Shown one piece after another: positions 33,065-38,241 of a stretch of DNA of 38,241 bases. Made by a program: the position numbers and the translations under genes. The stretch covers positions 37,422,169 through 37,460,409 of the forward strand of contig NC_068999.1 of NCBI RefSeq assembly GCF_001194135.2, given 5' to 3'. This DNA is from Octopus bimaculoides. Lineage: Eukaryota. Under the pieces are notes generated by a model that had not been told where the DNA came from, made no database searches, and saw nothing but the letters and a program-made list of their open reading frames with translations. Positions within the stretch are counted from its first letter, which is position 1; the number at the start of each line of letters is the position of its first letter.

Positions 33065-36000
33065 CAGTAAGCCAGTGGGCACATCAAAGTGGTAGTTGAC
33101 TGTTACTACTAGTCTAACCCCAGGCAGATTCGCCACCAGCTGGTCATAGGTGGAACGCTCTGCATCCTTTATATACAATATATCGCTAGCAGGGGGGGGG
33201 GCGAATCCCTACTGTGAGAAATGCTGAGTGCTGGGCTGATCATTGGTTAGAGCCAAACTCAGGCTTAAGATACGCCCTTAAGTTTCAGTACAAAGTAATT
33301 ACACGCAAACAACTTGAGGTGGGTAAACTCCAGCCAAAATAAACTCAAAATTTGTTGCTATCAGCCGTTGACAGTCTCAAACCTTTAAAACTGCTCTGTT
33401 TCTCTCTCTGATCTCCCACTCATTTTGTTTCTTCTTTCACACTCCTTGCTCAGAGGGAACAGAACAGGAATACCATTCATTGCTTCTTCTTTTCTCGCTA
33501 AGCAAACATCAGCTTTCCCTACTTATATTCCTTAAATAATGTCGATTGTTTTTAATTTATACCAAGAAATAAAGGAATGGGAAATACAAAAAAATATCGC
33601 GACTACAATGAGGTTAGTGATAATTACGAATAATTAATTTTATATGACACAAAAGTTATTTATTCTAGAAAAAAGAAGTAAGGCATGCAGTGACTGCGTT
33701 GCATACATAAAATCTTCGTCCCTATAAATGTATTTATTCTGTCATTTATGGCAAGAGGAACAGTTTCTGAAATATACAATTAACACATACACATACACAT
33801 GTATGTATGAACGTATGCATATATGCATACACACATGAATTTTAAGCACAATAAATACCAAGCATAGGCTGAAGAGAACGATAAATACATGCATACAAAA
33901 CACACACACACACACACACACAATAATTGGATATTCCTTCATTCCGTTAGAAATACTCACAATTAGTTTTGCCATAATTTGACTCTTCAGGTTAAATCTC
34001 TTCCTAATTTCTTGTTTTGCTTTAAAAAAAATATGAGGCATTCGTTCTTTTTTGTTGTAGTCGTATTTTTTCCCTCATGTGGGTTAGTTTCTACGCGTGT
34101 ACATAAATGCCTGTTTGTAGATTTTTGCCTGTCTCTTTGATCGTTTCAACTGTTTAGTATAGGAATGCTTATGTCTGTATGTTTACATATTTGATAGGAT
34201 GGTTCCATATGTGCAGATGTGTATATGTTTACATTAATGGGTTACTGTGTGTCTATTCACTGTACACGCACATCCATTTAGATGTATTGTGATGCTGCAA
34301 CCTAGCAACTGTTATGTGTATTTATTAAAGATGGTTACTTTAACCAATTAAGTACAATGTATAATTTGAAGAGAAAAGAAAACAAAAACAAAAAAAAAAA
34401 GAAAATGTGCAACTGGAATTTTGTGTTTCAACTCCTGGAATGTTGTCAGAGATTCTGCTCGTTTTGTGATAAGTTATTACAGAAATTAGGTCTCTTTTCA
34501 TTTATTAATAATTACGCACAAAATACTATTTGAAGAGAGAAAGTATTAAAAAATTAAAAGGAAAAATGAAGCGTGTATCTTATTACGATGTTCTGCTGCT
34601 CTTTATTGGGATTGCATGTTGTACTGGGATGTTGTTAATGTTTTTAAGGAGGTATCTACGCATTTGCAGGCCTTTAGAGATTAATTGATGCTTTCTTATG
34701 CCTTTCGAATGTAATGGTTTAATGGCTGAAGATCAATAGCTTCACCAGAGTGCTTAATTAGTAATAAAATCAGAATGACCTTTCATAAATACACTTAGCA
34801 AACGTTAACTCGCAGCCCCAGTTGACGTAGAAATTGATATACATATCCATCTGATGAAGCACAAAGTGAGAAGTGAAGCACATTTTCAGGCTTTCACATA
34901 AATAAACACTTAAATGCTCAAACGCATTCAGGTTAATTGATAAACAGGGATTACAGACTCCGAACTTGCGAGTATGAAGATCATAGCTGATGTATCCAAA
35001 GGAACCCCAATCCATGGTGTGTAATCCTTACTTATTTAATGTGTGTACATACATACATACATATGTGTGTGCATATTTAAATGTGTGTGTGTGTGTATGT
35101 GTATGTGTGTATGTATGTATGTATGTATAGATCTTTATTCTTTTCATACTTGCTAGCATTCTTTCTGGAGTGAGGGAGCTGGTTTTCAACTAAAAAACGA
35201 AAGCTCCATCATTAGAGTTGGGATGACAACAACGATAATGCTTACATATTGCAATTTAATAAAATCTTGCATATTTTTCTTGTATCAGTAAAGCTCGTTC
35301 GTGTTAGCTGGTCTCTTTTGTTGCTTGAAAATGTCAGCTTCTCCAGATTGTGGCTTTGGCATTAACTCACACAGCCGAAGGTACCGGTCATTGTTGGTTT
35401 GAGTATAAATTTATAACCAGACCAGGGCAGCTGCAGGCTTTAATGTATGCATGTGTATATCAATGTATGCATGTATACAATTATGCATACATATCTGTAA
35501 GCATGCATGCACCTATGTATGCATAATTGGCATACGTTTATCAAAACGTGACTGTAGCATTTATTAAATGTTCAACATGGTATACGCTTTATAATGAGTC
35601 GCTTGGAATCTCATGGAATTTCATGGAGTCTCTATCGTGGCTGACAAAGAATTCCACCTGATGGAAGATACCTGTTGATGTGAGGAGTTTAAGGGAAGAT
35701 CACTCCGATCAATATCTGCACTATGAGGACCACGAACTCTGCTGTCATCAGCAAAACCAACAACCACTACTACCACCACTGCTATCACTACTACTAGCAC
35801 GAGTAGTATCACTACTACTATCACCTGAGCCACCCAAACCAAAACTGAGTTGTGTTTATTCAAAGAATTTGCCGTAACCAAGTAGTTCTACCAGGCTAAA
35901 ATTTCTCAAGGTGTGCCCCAGCATGGCCGCATTCTATGCCTGAAACTATTAAAAGACAAAAGATATTGACGATACCATTGGTTTGTCTGGGGCTTCAAGT

Positions 36001-36149
36001 TTCGCCTGAAACGACTCCAACAAATTTTCATCAATAAATTTTATCCTACAAAAGTCTGCTGCAGTTTCACTCTCAGTAAATGTGTCAATATTTTGTAAGA
36101 AGTTAGTTGATAGAGCAAAATAGCATACTTATATCATTGCTACTATGTT

Positions 36150-37215
36150 AAAACTATCGAAGAGTGGCTTTCATGAAAGGAGTCCACAAAGAAGTGAAAT
36201 TCAGGAAGTGAAAGGTTAGGAAAAAGAACGACCAGCAAAGAGTCTCAGCAGATGGTACAGAAATTTATTAATTAAGAAGCAAAGCAAAATGGCACACGAT
36301 TTAGTGGAACAAGGACTAAAGGCAGTTGACAGAACAACATTACCGGGGGAAATCCAAATGTTGAATACTGCAATTTGAACTGTACTCAAGGATAATGTGG
36401 CCATTGCAAATGTACGAAATAGCCTCGAGTAGAGTAGAAAGGATGGGACAAAGGTGCAGTGTTGTGTCTGGGGAGAGTCATTCTCTTTTAGTGCCTTATA
36501 ATTTAACACACTCACCAGTAAAATTTCCACTTATTTCCTCCTTTATTTTTCTAAAATTTTCGTTACATCTTGCAACCTTTTCAATAGATGCAGTAGGTTT
36601 ATCAGAAAATGGCTTGGTCTTCCACAACCACTCAATACAACTGAATGGAAAACCTGTGCTGCAACTACCGATAATATCAATTGCTGAAGAATATATGGCA
36701 GGAAAGGCAAAGACAGTAATGATGCAAAGGTATGCGAAAGATCAGAACATCCGAAAAAACCCACCAAAGGTACGAACAAGGAGGAAATGGAAAGTGGAAG
36801 AGGCAGTAAACTACATGATCGGAAAGCTAAGGCACGCTGATATAGTCAGAGCGACGCAAGAAGCAAGAGTTGGTCTAAGGTTGCACGATTTCAAGCCATT
36901 TTGTATGAACAGTGTAAAAGAGATGAAGGAGGCAGTGGTACACGAAGTGAGAAAGTAGGAAGAAGAAAGGCGAAATGTACATTTGATGACACTGTATCAA
37001 AGAAACCAAAGAACAAAGAAAAAATTAAAAAAGGAGAAAGAAAGAATGCACTTAACACTAGAGCTGAAGACATCTCCGAAAGATGGGACTGTCATGTCAA
37101 AAATGATAGAGGAGTAGGGTCTGAAACCGGACGTGGTTCCTATTGATGATGTCTTTAGCCACTGGATCCCATAAAGGAATTGTTGAAGTAGAGAACCACG
37201 AGACGTAGTTGGAAT
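36150..37215 (+). mobile_element. Decayed non-LTR retrotransposon fragment, R2-group/HERO-like (region C-terminal to the RT core)
   Basis: Peptides PAKSLSRWY; GLKAVDRTTLPG-KSKC*ILQFELYSRIMWPLQMYEI; RFIRKWLGLP; LQLPIISIAEEY; KVRTRRKWKVEEAV; LRHADIV; HEVRK*EEERR. These occur in the order I recall for HERO-clade ORFs (PVKSLGRWY, LPGK.K.W..Q, RKWLGLP, RTGRKW). The clade assignment is from memory. Confidence 0.7.
36461..36594. mobile_element. 125-bp insertion with a 9-bp target-site duplication inside the HERO-like element
   Basis: Flanked by aggtgcagt (36452-36460) and agatgcagt (36586-36594). Removing it restores QRCS-RFIRKWLGLP. Confidence 0.7.
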
Positions 37216-38241
37216 TTCTTTCCTATATATATATATATATACCCCCCCCCCACACATAAACAAATTCTCTATGCATATTCAAGAACTATTCCAACCAAGA
37301 TCAAATTCTCCACATGATTCTACAAAGTATTCTTCGGTCTACAATGTTAATTTAACTATCTAACGAACGTGGGAACGATTCTCTGATTAGGAATTTCATA
37401 CAGTCTCTCACTTTGGGCAAGTATCTTCTAGCAGTGAGTCTGGTCGACCAAAAACGTTGCGAGGGAAAGTTTGTAGACGGAAAGTTTGAGATATTAACTA
37501 AAAGAAACTAGGTTTCTATCCACCATACTGCAACGAGCATCCACTTTTCAGAGATCAGTCTTGTAGCTCCGATATAGTCACAGCTATTGTTGTTGTTGTT
37601 GTTGCTGCTGCTGCAGATATTAATGATGGCGTTTATGATGGTGGTGATGATGATGATGTTGACATTTACATTATAAACGCGTTCGCAGGAAAAGGTTAGA
37701 AGTAAAATAAATGAGTTGGGAATGAAATTTCATTGAATTCCAGATGTTATTTAGGAAATGACAGCCAATGAATGGGAATGGTATAAATATTGAATAATAA
37801 ATGGAAGAGAGAGAGAGGAAGAGGAGGAAGGGGAGGAAGAGGGGAGAGAAATAAGGCTGACAGAAAAAGACAGAGACAAAGAAAAATAATATCAAAGAGA
37901 GATAGAGAATGAAAATGAGATAAAACGAGAGTGAAAGAAAAAGATGAAAACAAGAAGAGAAAGGATCTGATGTAGCTGAAGAATTTCTCTATATTTAAAG
38001 GAGCGAAGGTTCGAAACGACACACTTCGTTACGAAACATCTTTTTATTAGAAACCAAAAGTTTATATTCCTTCTTACAATTTTCCTTCTCTCTCTTTCTC
38101 TCCATTCCTCTCTCTCTCTCTCTCTGTGTTTCTCTGAGTGGGTGAAAAGGAGAAAGACCTCTCTTTCACATTTCCTCTTCTCCCTCACATTTCCCCCCCC
38201 CCCACACCTCCCAATGAACACGGGCAAACACGTTTATGCAC

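Noticed and set aside
1-38241. CRISPR arrays, rRNA genes, prokaryotic operons
   Set aside because: No regularly spaced repeat-spacer structure or rRNA-like sequence was seen. The window is intron- and repeat-rich eukaryotic DNA.

Overview
This is eukaryotic, AT-rich, microsatellite-dense draft-assembly sequence with many N gaps. The repeat content looks like an octopus genome (inference; not verified by search). The only gene I can support is the 3' end of an ANKRD39-like ankyrin-repeat gene on the + strand (exons 1535-1741 and 4802-4948). The rest is mostly repeats: several SINE families, a Penelope-like RT fragment, a decayed Ty3/Gypsy gag-pro-pol, a HERO-like non-LTR fragment, an RTE-like zinc-finger tail, Helitron/Helentron-type elements and a long-TIR MITE. 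Three observations stand out. (1) A complete minimal type I hammerhead ribozyme on the minus strand at 16448-16512, with a palindromic helix III. A nearby inverted copy of its downstream sequence starts 4 nt after the predicted cleavage site, which suggests a Penelope/retrozyme-type self-cleaving retroelement. (2) A roughly 97% identical copy of the ANKRD39 last exon plus 3' UTR inserted inside the ICG-DY-RGLN motif of the Gypsy RT. (3) A tRNA-Thr-like cloverleaf enclosed in inverted repeats. All motif assignments are by eye, and repeat boundaries are approximate. No CRISPR array, rRNA or intact transposase/RT ORF was seen.
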